DNA from: Cyanophora paradoxa CCMP329
Lineage: Eukaryota > Plantae > Glaucophyta
Assembly (NCBI GenBank): GCA_004431415.1
Contig: QPMI01000039.1
Coordinates: 372,001-436,000, forward strand
Direction of reading: 5' to 3'
Length of the DNA stretch: 64,000 bases
The notes under the pieces were generated by a model. The model ran no database searches, was not told where the DNA came from, and saw only the letters and a list, made by a program, of their open reading frames with translations. How positions within the stretch are numbered: the first letter of the stretch is position 1; every line of letters begins with the position of its first letter. The translations under genes were made by a program, and so were the position numbers. Shown piece by piece: positions 24,334 to 36,909 of this stretch.

Positions 24334-24543
24334 GGGAAAGGCTACACGGGGCGTAAGTTGCCGCAGTGCCGCGTAACCGGTTTAAGCTCACAGCGAGCCG
24401 CAACAGTTCCGAGGGCCCGGCGAGGGGGCCCCCGGCCCCCCGCCCCCCAGCCCCCCGCCCCCCCCCCCCCCCTCCCCCCCCCCCAACCGCTGTGATCCGC
24501 TTTCACAGCAGGGAACCGGTTGGGCCTTCCGTAGGCATCCGCA
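24334..24543. mobile_element. 210-bp insertion with nested inverted repeats, flanked by GGACT direct repeats
   Basis: Empty-site version at 24951-24973 reads GGAACGTCGGACTCATTTTCGCG; here GGACT (24329-33) + insert + GGACT (24544-48) + CATTTTCGCG. Confidence 0.55.
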
Positions 24544-25346
24544 GGACTCATTTTCGCGGACAATTAATTCGGGACAAAAACTTTGAAAGAACTTGCCGCA
24601 GCAGTGGCTGCAGTGCGCGCTGCGCCGCGGCATGTGCATTCATGATCATAGAAACGCATGCGCCGGTATACTAGTATTTTCAACTCATCAGTGACGCAGT
24701 GACTGGCCCCCCGCGGCCCCGCCGCCGGGACGCCGGGCCCCCGGTACCGGTGGGCAGTGGGCAGTGGGCACTGGGCACTGGGCACCTCCTGCCACTGTCT
24801 GCCAGGCAACTGGCTCGTCACTGACCGTTGGACTCACGAACACAGACAATTGCAAAAAGAACCTGCAAGCATGACTCAGGATCGGATCCGATCCGGTCCG
24901 GATCAAATTTTTTCCACTGGCCCCCCACTGCCAGGTGACTGGCCCGTCACGGAACGTCGGACTCATTTTCGCGTTGAAAGAACTTGCCGCAGCAGTGGCT
25001 GCAGTGCGCGCTGCATGCGGCATGTGCTGCTGATGTGCATGCTAGTGCGCACTGCGGCACGCCGTCGACGTCCGACGGTCAGTGGCCCGTCACCGTGGCA
25101 CGTCGCCGTGACGAGTCGCGAGTCGCGACTTTCAAGTTTCGGCCGGAACCCTGAGGCCGGAACCCTGAGTACGGTATACACTGTGACACACACTGACAGC
25201 GCAACTTGGCAACTGCGCATGCCAGCCGGGCCGTGCCACGGTGAGTCGCGTGGCGTCTACCGTACTACGGTAGTACCGGTACTACCGCAGTCTACCGGTA
25301 GTAAACTACGATCTACAGTATATCATCAGAGTCGATGATCAGACTA

Positions 25347-25580
25347 CTGTAGAACTAGAAATATTTAGTGGGCTGCATATTTATAGTACTAAAAGTTTTT
25401 GGGCGATCTACTAAATATTTCTCGCCTGCTAAAGCCGAGAATTTGTAGGGGTAGCCCCGTCTCCGCCATACAAAAGCCCTGCGAAGGCTGCATGACCTAC
25501 TAAAAATTTACCAGCTGCTAAAGTGGCAGTTTTGGCGAAGTACTAATTATTTTCCTGTACTAAATTAACTAGTTCTACAG
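25347..25580. mobile_element. MITE family B (234 bp), TA TSD
   Basis: TA|CTGTAGAACTAG ... CTAGTTCTACAG|TA; internal T(A/G)CTAAA repeats. Confidence 0.85.
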
Positions 25581-27186
25581 TACTAGGCTATATGCGGTCC
25601 GGTATACTAGTACCCGGTACCGTACGTATACCTTAGTACAGTACGAGGGCGCCCGGCCCCGATCGCGAGCCTGGAGGCTGGGGCCTGCCAGGCTGACTGG
25701 GGCCTCAGCTGCAGGGCCTGACGGTCCTGCCAGGCTGACCGGGCCTGGCGGCGGAGGCTGGCGCGGCACTGCGGCGGCAGTGGCGCCGGCCCAGTGGGGA
25801 CTGTGGCCCGTCCGACGGTCTGTCACTGTGGGGCCCGGGCCGCGCGCCCGGCCCTGCTAGGCTGGGCCCCTGGCCCCTGGGCCCTGGCCGGGCTGGCCCC
25901 CGCCGGCCCCCGGGCCCTGGGCGGCCGGGCCCTGCCCCCTCAGCCCCCCTGGGCCCTGGGCCCTGGGCCCTGGGCCCGGCCGCCCCGGCCCGCGGGCCGC
26001 GGCGGCGGCGCCGGGCCGCGGCCGGCGGCCCCACTGGGCCTGGGCGGGCCAGACTCGGGAGTCGGGCCGGGAGCCGGCGGGAGCGCCGGGAGGGCCGCTA
26101 GGCTGCCAGTCGCATCCGGCGCCTAGAGTTCTCGGACCGGCTGGCAAGTTCGCCCAGGAAACTCCGCCTAAGGCCCATAACTCGTAGCGTAGTCGGCGCT
26201 AGAACACGCGCCGACTGAGCCCTTCAAATAACTGGTCGCCTTCCGAAGTTCCAAAGTTCGTGGCGCGGCCACGCCGCCGTGACGCCGGCCCACGCCGTGA
26301 TCATGACGGGCACTGCGGCACGGCCCGCGGCCCGGCCGGGGGACGTGGGAGTCGACGTCCGACGGTCACGGCCCACGGGCCACGCGTACGGGACGCCAGT
26401 CAAGCTTTTTCCCCAGAAGTTCAAAAGCGACCAATGGCTGCGTAGAGAGTGATTTCAATTTTCAAGTGTCACAGGACTCGCGTCCGTCGACGTCACTGTG
26501 TCAAGCAATGAGATCGCGAGCGCAAGCTTCGATCGCAATTCAGCCTTCACTGCCCTCAGGCCTTCAGGCTTCAGGCCGTACTCAGCCTACTAGGCTAACT
26601 CAGGGCTTCAGGGCCAAATTCCGGCCAATTGCAAGTAATTCAGGCTCCGAGTCCCGGCCTCCGGAGTCCGGACCTGAGCCAGTGAGTCCTGAGTCCGGAC
26701 CCGGGAAACTGGCCATGGCGGGCCCGGGACTCGGAAATCCGAGGAACTTCGATCGCGACTCGATCGATATCGCGAGATTCGCGACTCGCGAGGCTCCCGG
26801 GATCGATATCCCGGCGTGACGTCGACGGCGGCGTCGCGATCGAGGCCCATCGATATCGAGGCTATAATCGAGCTACCCCGGCCTACCCGGGTAGAGTGAC
26901 AGTAGTATAAGTAGAGTCCCCATCGAGTCCCCGTCGATCGCGAACCCCGCGAGGATAGCCGCCGGGCCGGCTCCGAGGCTCTAACGGCCCCCCGACGGGC
27001 CCCCCCGGAGTCCGAGGCTCCGACCGTAGGCGGTGACTTCGACGGCGCAGATTCAAATTTGGATCTAGCTAAAACACTGTCACGAAGGCGCCAGCGCCAT
27101 GGCCAGCGCTGCGCCCCAGCCCGCCGCGCCGGGCGCCCCTCGCCCCGCCCGCGCCGGGGCCGGGCCGCCTCCGCCTCTGCTTAGGC

Positions 27187-30100
27187 CTAGGCCTCCGCCG
27201 GCGCCGGCGCGCGCCCCTGCAGGCGCCCCTCGACCTCCGCGAGGAGGGCCCGCGGGTCCGCCGCCTCCAGGTCGGCCCCCGCCAGCGCCCGCGCCGCCCC
27301 GCGCAGCCGCCGCAGCTCCGTCCCCGCCCCCAGCGGCCCCTGCCGGCGCCGCCAGTTAGCTCGGAAATCGAAACTCGAAGAAGAAAGGGAGGAGGAGGAG
27401 GGGAAAGAGCTTTAATCTTAACAAAAGCTAGATTAGATCTAGATAGTCAACTATAGAAGGGGCAGGTCCAGCGCGAGCTTCGCACCGAAGCGGGGCCCGG
27501 GCCCGGGGTCCCTTGCCCATGGCCGCCCCCCTCGCCGCCGCGCCGGCGCTCGGCGGAGGAGGGGAGGGGGCGGATGGGGAGCCCCGAGGCGATGCGCCCC
27601 ACCACCTCCCCCGCCCTGCGCGTCATCGCGAACCGGATCAAATTAAAGCATTACTTCTTTCATGATCCAATCCAAGTATTCTCGCGATCACCTGTCGACG
27701 AGCTCGCGGGGGAGGCCGGCGGCGGCGGCGCAGCGGAGGCCGAAGCTGCCGGGGGCCGCCCCGGGGCGCAGCCGGTACAGGAAGACCAGGGGCGCCGTCG
27801 CCTCTGCGATCCGGTCCCGACCCGGTGACCTCGGCGCTGGCCAGATATATGCACGTGATCCGGAGCCGGCGGGGCAGGCGCCGGCAGGGCGGCGGCCCCG
27901 TCCCGACCCCGACACCCAGAGGAGGGGTGGGGGAGGGGGAGGGCGGGGACGGGCACGCGGACCGCGGGCGGCCTCGGGGGGGAGGAGGGCGTCCATGCGG
28001 AAGAGCGCCAGCCGCGGCTCCTGGGGGGAGGGGGGGGGGGGGGAAGGGGGGATTAATCGTGGGGATGGCGGGAGGCCCGGGGCTCGAGGGGGAGGGGCGG
28101 TCCGGAAATTACACTCCAAGCTGCGCGCCCGCGGGGGATTCATCGCGGGCATTGACGGGTGCGGAGGCCTGAAATGGGGCTCAAAGGGTAGCTATAGGGG
28201 CGATCCGGAAATTAAACTCCAAGCTTCAGTTTTGATTTGAAAGGAGGAGCTCGAGGAACGCGGAAGATTGCACGAATATTTGAATTCGAAGAACTCGAAG
28301 CTTCGATTTTGAAAGGAGGCAGGCAGAAAACCAATTTCGCAGTATTCGAGTATAGGCGCACGCGTACGCACGTCAGAGGGGAGGAGTCCGAAGCGGAGGA
28401 GCTCCCCAAAGTGAGTGCTGCGGGCGCCGGCCGACCCGATCACCCCGCGGGTCGATATCAGTGAATTCAGTTTCGAATTCGAATTCGAAGCTATAGCTAA
28501 ATCGAATCTTGCAGAAAATTAAAGTTCCACCTCAGAAGCGCCCGGGGGCAGTCGGCGCCCCTTTCGAGGAGGTGGCGGATCTGCGCATGCGGGTTCGGGG
28601 CCGATATCATCGCTGATCAGCGTTTTTCTGCTCGAGCTCTGCTTGGCGGCTTTATATATATATGAAACGTTTTAGAAATATTAATCAGCGGCTGGGCGTT
28701 GGGCGCACGGTCGCCGCGAGGATCGCGAGCCCGTCTGGCCGCGGGCGTCGCGAGCGGTGAGAAGGGGCCGGGAGCGGTGGAATCGAGGGCGCGCTCGGCG
28801 GCGTGTGCGCGTCGCACCGGCGAAGGCGGTGCCCTTGCCGAACTCGTCGAGGAGGAGGAGGGAGCGCCGCGTCGCCTCCCGCAGCATCCCCGCCACCTGC
28901 CGGCGCGCGCCGGGCCCAGTCGCGATCGCACTCGGATCTCACGGCGATCGATATCTATATCAGATACGGCTCTATATATAGCTAGATCCTTTTTACTTGA
29001 GCTCGTCATTGATTTTCGGCACCGGGATCGATCGCCTCGGCATTTAATTTCGGCGAGGTCGATGCGTTGTATACGTATACGTATACGGAATCTATAACCG
29101 GAGGCGATTGATATTGATATATGATCTATAACCGATCGGGCTCTCGTGCACGTGCATCCGGCCTCTGTATTCCGGCAACGGAATATTTAATCGATCGCCT
29201 GCGACGCCCGGCACCTGGGCGAGGTCGATGGCAAAGGCCGAGGCGGCGACGGAGACGCTCTCTCCGGTGCTCACCTGCGCGATCCAGTGCACGCATTAAT
29301 TTCATAGCCGCAGCCGACGAATTTCTAGAGGTAGAGGGGGACCGGTACCGACCCGCGCGGCGATGCGGTCCGTGAGCCCTATAAGCGCGCTGCGCGGGGT
29401 TGCAAATTGCGGAACGCCCAAAATAAAATTTTAAATGGAATCGCAGTTCTCGTTCGCGATCGGAGCTCGAGCTCGGCATTTCGCTTATATCACAGCTTTG
29501 AATTAGTTTTCGAAGACGTCCGGACCTCTCGGCGGGCACGAAGCTGCCGACGTGCGCCATGTATGTGATCAGCGCCACCTGCACGCACGCCGGGGCTCGA
29601 TTCAGTTCACGTTCAAGAAACGTAAGCTGCATATATACGAAATAGAATATATACGCGGAGGGATGATCATGATGGGCCTTTCGAATTCATTCCTATATAT
29701 AAGAACCGGCCGCGGGGCGGGCCGCGCGCGCGCGCCTGCTTCAGGTAGACGGACTTCCCTGAGGAGTTGGGCCCCGTCACGACCTGCATGCCGCACCCCA
29801 GCGCCCCCGGTCGCTTCGACATCGCCCCGCCCGCGATCGCGAGCTCCTTTCGGTGCGAATAACGAGCGCCCGCCTCGAATTCAGGCACCTGGACGGGCCC
29901 GCAGCCGGCCCCGGCCTCCGCGTCGATCACAGTGTCGTTCGGGATGAATCCCTGATCGTGATCATGAGCGGCCGGCGCCGGTGCGTGGCGCGAATTTCGA
30001 ACGACACGGAATTCGAAGAGCGCGGACCTGCGGAGCGCTGGCCGTGGCCGAGGCGGCCACCAACGCGCGCTCCTGCCTCGCAACGTTAACCGGACCGACA

Positions 30101-33100
30101 TTCGAAATTCCAATTTGCTACATCTTTAGCTATATATAGATCTAGACTGGATCTCGACCGCCAGGGAGCGGCATCTGCAGCCGACCGCCAGGGAGCGGCA
30201 TAGATCCGACAGGGGGCGGCAACGCGCGAATCCGAATTCCGAAGCCCCCGCGGCCGAGCCAGATCTAGAATCTCGATCTCTAGCGCTAGCTACAGATCTG
30301 GACTCGTTCCCGACAGGGATCCGGAGCGGCAGCTAGCGCGCGGACCTGGATGGGGTGCCGCCCGGCGACGATCCGGAGCACCGACTCCTCGGTGATGTCC
30401 GGCTGCGCGCGAAAACCGCAGGCGGGGAGCGCAATTCTCGCGTGTCAGTTCAACGCCACGTCGTCGGGCAGCGAAAATTCGAAATCGGCGCGCGCGCCCT
30501 TACGTAGCCGCCCTCGCGAGCCGCCGCGGCAAAGCTCAGCAGACTGCGCACATTAATTGAACTCGAGCGCAGGAAAGCAGATCTAGAGGCTAGGGGCCCG
30601 CGGCCGCACCAGTCGAGGGCGGCGAGCGCGGCGGATGCGGAGCGCAGCAGCGGCGCCATTCTGCGGCGGTCTCACATATATATAAATCTCGATCTGGATC
30701 CGGCGGCGCCGGCGGGGGCCGGGGCCGGGCGCGGGCGCGGGCTCGCGGTCGCACTCGAGGACGCGCTCCTCGACCTCGCGGACGACCCGCGCCTCCACGT
30801 CTGCCCCCGCCCCCCGCCCGTCGGTTCCCGGGCCGGGCCGGGGCCGGGGGCCCCCAGGGGCTCGAGCTTCAGGGGCGATCGCGAGCGAGCGCACCGACGA
30901 GCAGGCCGTGCACGTCCCCCAGCTGAGGGCGCACCCCGGAGCGGAGGCGTGAGCGGAGACGCTGACGGGCGCGGGCGGGCCTAGGCCTGGGCCTTGGGTC
31001 CGGGCGGGCCCGGGCTCGGACCTTGGCGTCGAGCTCGCGGCAGCGGGGCCCCTTGAAGTACGAGAAGTCTCCCGTCGCGAACTGCCGGGCCGTCGGTGCA
31101 GGCGCGGGCGCGGCACGTTCAATTTCGAATTCGAATTCGATCGCGAGGGCGCGCGAAAACGATGCCGACCGAGCTCGAGTGCTAGTCCTATAGCTAGTCC
31201 TAGGCGCAGGCGAGGACCCGGACCCGCGCGCAAAACCGATGAGAGGCGGGACCGGGGGGCCGCGGGCGGACCGCGAGCTCGAAGTCGGCGAGGCGGAGGG
31301 CGGGCCCGTGCTCCCGCGCCACCGCCAGCAGGTACCCTGCAGGGCGCGCGCGGCGGGGGCGGGGCGTCGCGGGCTTGCAATCGATATCGGCGGGGGGGGG
31401 CCCGGCGGGCTCGGCGATATCGATGCGTTGGCGGGGCAAAGCGTCCCGGGCTCGCAGTCGGAGGGGGGCGCGCGCATGCGCGGATATCGATGCATCGATG
31501 GCGGGCGCGGATCCGGAGTGTCCCGGGCTCGGGATCGATATCGGAGGGGGGCGCGCGCAGTCATCGATGGCGGGGGCGGGCCGGGGCGTCCCGGGTTCGA
31601 GCTCGGCGGGGGGAGCCCGGCGGGCTCGGCGATATCGATGCATTGGCCGGCGCGGATCCGGGCGCGTCCCGCGGCCGGGCTCGGCGGGGGGAGCTCGAGG
31701 GCGCGCAGAAAGCGATATCGATGGCGGGCCCGGCGCGGACCGATCTGGGGGAAGTAAACAAAGGAGGCGGCGGCGAGGGCGGCCGGCGGGGCCGCCCCCG
31801 TCTCGGCCGCCTCCCGCCGCAGCCGGGGCATCTCCTCCTCCGCCACCCTTTGCTGCCGCCACACTTGCGATCAGAGATGTAGAGCAGCGGCAGCCGCATA
31901 GATCTAGAGCGGCGCCGAAGCTTTCTAGCTATAGAGTAAATTCTTTTGTTTTAGCTTCTTCTCCTCTCTTGACGCCTCGAGCTCATATATAACGTCGACA
32001 CTTCGCCGAGCCCCCCCCCCCCCCCCCCCCCCCCCCCTACCACCCCTAGGCCTTGGCATTGGGGCCTGCGGGGCCGTGCCGGGGGCGGCCACGGGCGGCC
32101 ACGGGCGGCCACGGGCGGCCACGGGCGGCCACGGGCGGCCGCGGGCGGGCGGGCGCACGAGGATGTCGTCCATGGAGTCGTAGAGCGCCCGCAGCCGGTC
32201 CACCTCCCCCACCAGCCTGCGGACCGGAATCGAACGTTAACTCAATAACGCGCACGCGAGATCTAGGGTGGCCGCTAGCTATAGCGCTGGCCATGGGGCG
32301 TGCGCAGCGGGGGGGGGGGGGGGGGGGGGCGGACCCGGACGGATGCGCGGCCGGCCCGCCTCGGCGGACGCCTCCGGGTCGATGACAGAGAGGACGTTTC
32401 TGAGCGCGGGCAGGTCACATGTGCTGGCCAAACGCTAACGCTATAGCTGGCCAAGCGGCGCCCATCTGCAGCCCCTATAAAAAATTAAATCTAGTGATTT
32501 GTTACATGGATTGCAATTTGTCGTCCTACAAATCAGGCTTTGGTTAGGAATATGTGCAAATTAAAACGCACCTCAGGTAAGCCAAGTCGTGCCCGCTGAG
32601 TTGCTGGTCGATCTGCGAAGCGCGGCGCGCCGACGAAACGACGGGAGAGCTCACAGTTCGAGTTTCGCGTCAAGCTTAACTTCAGCGCGAAAATCGCTCA
32701 CGGAGCGCGCGATCGGTAAACCGGCGACGTGAGAGGGGGCGGTTCGGAATAGCTCTCGGATTCTTGCCGCGGCAGTGACGCTCTGGCGCCGAGCGGGATG
32801 TTAATATTTCCTCAAACAAAACCGCGGGAGGTTAAATATGTACAGGTGATTATTATAATAAAGGGAATAAAATTACAAATGGACATGAACCTCTGACAGG
32901 GCCACCCAGTCGCGGTGCGATGCACGAGCCTGCGAGATTAAGCGCGAAAATCGAGCGCGAAATCGAATTTCGCGACGGCTGCGGAAATTGATATTTCGCA
33001 TTTCGCGCCTTGCGGACGCGAGCGAGCAACCGATCCAGGTCCCTGACGCCCGCGAGGGCCCTCCGCAGACCCTCGACCAGCTCCTGGGCCGCCGGCTCGA

Positions 33101-34939
33101 TGAGCGCCTGCGCGCGAAAGTCGCATGCATAAATGAGATCTAAACATATATAAATGCATATTTGCAGCCGAAATCTGCATTAGATCCAGATATTCGCACA
33201 GCTAGCAGAGAATTCGAGCGGCACCTGGACTGCATCGAGGCGCTCGCCGATCGCCGCCGCGTCGCACGCGGGCCGCAGGAGCCACGTGCGCAGGAGCCGG
33301 CGACCGGCCGGAGTCTTCGTGCGCCCCAGCACGCCGTGCAGCGAGGGCGCTGAGCGCGGGAACACTCACAATTTGCAAAGCGGTTTCTAAAGCGCGGGGA
33401 GTTTAAAAGCGTTTTCTAAACCTAAGTTGCGATTGGCGTCCGCGCACCGCCCCTGCGGGCAAAGATCGAGAGGGCGGTCATCGTTCGGACGTCGACGCGA
33501 AGCAGGCGCGGGGGCGCGAGGTCCCGCAGGAGCGACACGCGCAGCCTGCGCGCCGCCGACGTCGACGCCGCCCCCCCCCCAGGAAACCCATGACCCCCCC
33601 CCAGGAAACCCATGACCAAATTTCAAGCGGGATCGCTGAAATTCAAGAGCACGCACGGGCGGGACGGGTCGAGGCCGCCCTCGAATTCGAACTCTGCCCC
33701 GGGCCCGGACGAGCACGAGCGGTCGCGCACGTAGCCCAGCAGCGCCCCTGCGGTCGCAATCGCGAGGCGCGCGTGTGAGGAATTAAAGCGCAGGAGCTTG
33801 AGCTCGCGATGTCGAGCTCAGGCGGGGCTGTATATAGCTACCCGCGGCGCGGACCGCCTCGCGGTCTCCGGGGTCCAGGATCGTCGAGGCGCGCGCGAAG
33901 CCGCCCCGCGGCCCGCCGGCGACCTGGCAGAAGGGGCGGGTGTCAGTTTTCGCGGACGTCCCCGGCGCCGGCGCCGGATCCGGGCCGGAGCGGGCGTTCC
34001 ACGCCCGCGGGCCGGGCCGGGCCGGGACGGGACGCCCCGCGCACGCCGACCTCGAGGGCTTCGACGCGGGCGAGGGCGCCTTCGTACGCAAACTCTCTGC
34101 GAGAAAATATCGGTCAAGGTTTGAAATTGAACTAAAGCTTAGGCTTTATAATTAATGTGAGCTCATAATCAAGGTTCGCGCTGGCACCAAAGATTCGCGC
34201 TTCACAATATCCCGATCCGCAAAATCAACCATTGAACTGCAAGCGCGCGCACTTGGCCGGAAGAATCGCAACAGAGAAGCCATCCGCGTCCTCGTCGACT
34301 GAAGAATTCGAATGCGCAGGAATTCAAAAGAGGTACCGGTATTGTTTCGAATGCGGACCAGCACGGCGAAGGGCGGCGTGGAGCGATTCGTCCTCGCGCG
34401 CGTTCGTGATGATGACCGTTGGCTGAAGAGTTCAAAGCCCTTTCAAAGCTTTATTTCTCGCGCGTGACCATGATATGCACGTGCACCTGAACATCGTATT
34501 TAACTGTGCGAGCGAAAGACATCGGAACGAGAAGGACTCGCGATCATCGAATCAAAACTCGCGTGCTCATAATCACCCAGATCTAAGAGGCCGTAGTCTT
34601 CGCCCTCCTCGGCCTGGCTAACGCGAAGCTCCTCTGTAGCGCCGTCCCATGCAGCAAGACCGAGCTTTCCGCGCTGCCAAACCGCGGCGAGCACCACGAG
34701 CTGCGCATGCGCATATGCGTGCCGCGCAGTCATTGGAATTTCGCGCTCAGTTTTCGAAGGCATATGCATTCGCAATTATATGGCCGCACCATCTCGCTGC
34801 CCAGGCTCGTGGCTGCAGCGTCGGCGTTGCAATTGTACATGTCGACGTCGTCTCGATCTCTTTCGTCGACTTCATCGAGATCCGCGGCGCCTCCTTGTAT
34901 CTGCTCGGCCGCAGGCGAAGCGTGCACGTTGGCGGCCAT
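27187..34939 (-). CDS. MSH5: MutS homolog 5 (meiotic MutS-gamma subunit), multi-exon
   Basis: VVLAAVWQRGKLGLAAWD; LRVDVRTMTALSIF; SLHGVLGRTKTPAGRRLLRTWLLRP; FIPNDT; VVTGPNSSGKSVYLKQ|VALITYMAHVGSFVPAE; ESVSVAASAFAIDLAQ|VAGMLREATRRSLLLLDEFGKGT; STHFGEL; VFLYRLRPGAAPGSFGLRCAAAAGLP. GKSVYLKQ, SAFxIDLxQ and DEFGKGT are MSH5-type. Start and stop inferred. Confidence 0.92.
31380..31735. repeat. Degenerate intronic minisatellite in MSH5 anchored on GATATCG
   Basis: GATATCG at 31383, 31416, 31483, 31537, 31631, 31714; CCCGGCGGGCTCGGCGATATCGATGC occurs at ~31401 and ~31616. Confidence 0.7.
32083..32140. repeat. 10-bp tandem repeat (ACGGGCGGCC) x5-6 in an MSH5 intron
   Basis: Directly visible. Confidence 0.9.
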
Positions 34940-36146
34940 CGATCGCGATATCGAGCTCGAACGCCGCGCGCGGGCGGGGGCCGCGGGCCGGGGGGCTAGA
35001 TCTAGAGGACGAGCTAGTATATACGTATACATATGTACGTATATACGTAGCTAGAATTTCGCGAAGAGATCGCCGATCGATATATATAAATAGAGTCGCG
35101 ATCGAGCTCGAGGGATCGATCGCGACGCCGATCGACGCACTCACTGATCAGAATTTCTAGATCTCTAAATTCCAAAATTTTCCAGGATATATATAGATCA
35201 TATCATATAGATATATTTCCAGGAGGCGTGATGGGGCGACGAGGGCTCCGCTCCCCTCCTCACGTGCACGTGGGACGGTCGTGGGAGGGGACGTCGACCG
35301 GAGAGCTCGAGACTGCGAGAAATGATGTGCACGTGCCGCAGTGCTGCCGATCACGTCTAGCGAACTTCGGAAGCCTTGCACGTATGCACTAGAGGTACTC
35401 CATGCGGCAGCATGCGCAGGCGACACGTGCACGAGGCCGCCGGGCCGGTTCCTGCAGCTGCCTCACCCGAGCAAATTGTTTTCACGTGCACGCGTACGAG
35501 GCTGATCATGAGCGTGAGGGGGTGCCACGGTGAGCTAGTGCAAAGAGAAAGACTGCTCTACGGCTGGGTTGGGACTCGGACCGGAGCCGGAGGGGCACGA
35601 CTAGACTCTGAGAGGCCTTGCAATTCATGATTGGTGCTCTCTGCAGCTGCGTCCGGCGCTGCCAGGCTGGCTGCTCCGGATCCGCCGCGCGCGGCCGGGC
35701 CAGCGGGGGCGGCGGCGGAGGCGGCGGAGGAAGCGGCGGAGAGGCGCCGGCTGCGATGGTCTTAGGAGGCCGAGCAGCTGCAGGTCTGCAACGTTGCCCG
35801 CAGGGCCGGGGGGGGGGGGGGGGGGGGGGGGGGAGGCGGGGAGTGGGGGCCGGGGCGGGGTCGGGGCGGCCCGGAGGCCGCCCAAGTCGCGACTCGCGAC
35901 AGCTGCGGCGGCCGCGGAGCGGGGTCGGCGGGCCGGGGCCGGGGGCCGGGGCCGGGGGCCGGGGCCGGGGGCCGGGCCCGGGGGGGGGGGGGGTCGGGGC
36001 GGGCTCGCCGCAGGCTCGGGGCGGGGCGCCGGGGCGCCGCGCCGCGGGCGTCCGACGCCGGACCGACGGTCGGGCCCGGGGCCCTGGGGCCGGGCGGCCG
36101 GGCGGCGCCGCGGCGGCGCCCCGGCGGGCGGCCGCGGGCAGCGCTA

Positions 36147-36418
36147 CCGTAAAACACTTAAGTACAAATATGATCTACCCGGTAGTAGTACCGTGATATA
36201 CGCACGGTAGCGCGCTCAAAAACTTCCAAAACTATCATAAGTAGTATACGCCTACTATACAGCTACTAATAGCCTACTACTAGCATACGTATATACGCAC
36301 GGGTTCGTCGACGCGCCTCTTCCAAACTGATTGGTCGGTTTCTGTTCAAGCTGGTTGGTTGAGGAGGTTTTTTTGAAGTGTTTTTTTAAGTACGCATGCA
36401 TACTGGGTGTTTACTGGC
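36147..36418. mobile_element. Possible degenerate MITE with a family C-like left end
   Basis: TA|CCGTAAAACAC left end; only an imperfect right end (GTGTTTACTGGC|TA). Confidence 0.33.
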
Positions 36419-36689
36419 TAGCGCTCGAGGTTCTGACTGGACAGCTGCAGGGGAACTTGAAATGGGAACGTACCGAGTATTACCGACTTGAAAGACCGAT
36501 TCGTCAGCCAGCCCGGCGGTTGGCCAGAGGCCGGCTCTGATGCTGGCCGGCTGGCCAGCGCTAGGCTGCCGCTAGCCGCTGCATAGGCCGCTGAGCCTGG
36601 CCGATCAAGCCCGGCGCCCCGGAGACTAGCCTAGTAGCTAGGACCGGAATTCTAGCAAGAGCCTAGGCCTGCCAAGCTTAAAGAGGCTG

Positions 36690-36850
36690 CAGCAGCTACC
36701 GGCCTAGCTGCCAGGCTGCCGGCCTAGCTGCCAGGCTGGCGGCTCAGCCGCGGCTGGCCGCCTGAGCCAGCTAGCCTAGTAGCTGCAGCCTGCAGCCAGC
36801 TGCAGGCCTGCAGCTGCAGCCTGCAGCCTGCAGGTTGCCGCAGTGCAGCC
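36690..36850. repeat. CTGCAG/CTAG-rich low-complexity palindromic repeat
   Basis: gctgcagcctgcagccagctgcaggcctgcagctgcagcctgcagcctgcagg; duplicated ccggcctagctgccaggctg. Confidence 0.7.
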
Positions 36851-36909
36851 CGGCCAGCGGCAGGCGGGCCTGAGCGCGTGACTCGCGGCGTGAGCCTCCT
36901 GAGAGAGTA

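Larger units (their letters stand above)
22766..24546. repeat. Head-to-tail tandem duplication, period 889 bp (22766-23653; 23655-24546), with a further partial copy at ~24667-24963
   Basis: Identical ORFs at 22900/23789 and 23108/23997 (offset 889); copies differ by a few substitutions and C-tract length. Confidence 0.95.

Noticed and set aside
22766-24546. LTR pair of a retrotransposon
   Set aside because: Repeats are directly adjacent, with no internal region, TG..CA ends, PBS or PPT evident.
25650-26130. Pro/Gly/Arg-rich ORFs, also at 35618-36210
   Set aside because: Very GC-rich low-complexity GGGCCC/GGGGCC repeats lacking stops by composition.
31380-31735. CRISPR-like repeat-spacer array
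   Set aside because: Repeats are degenerate, spacers resemble each other, it lies in a spliceosomal intron, and no cas genes are present.
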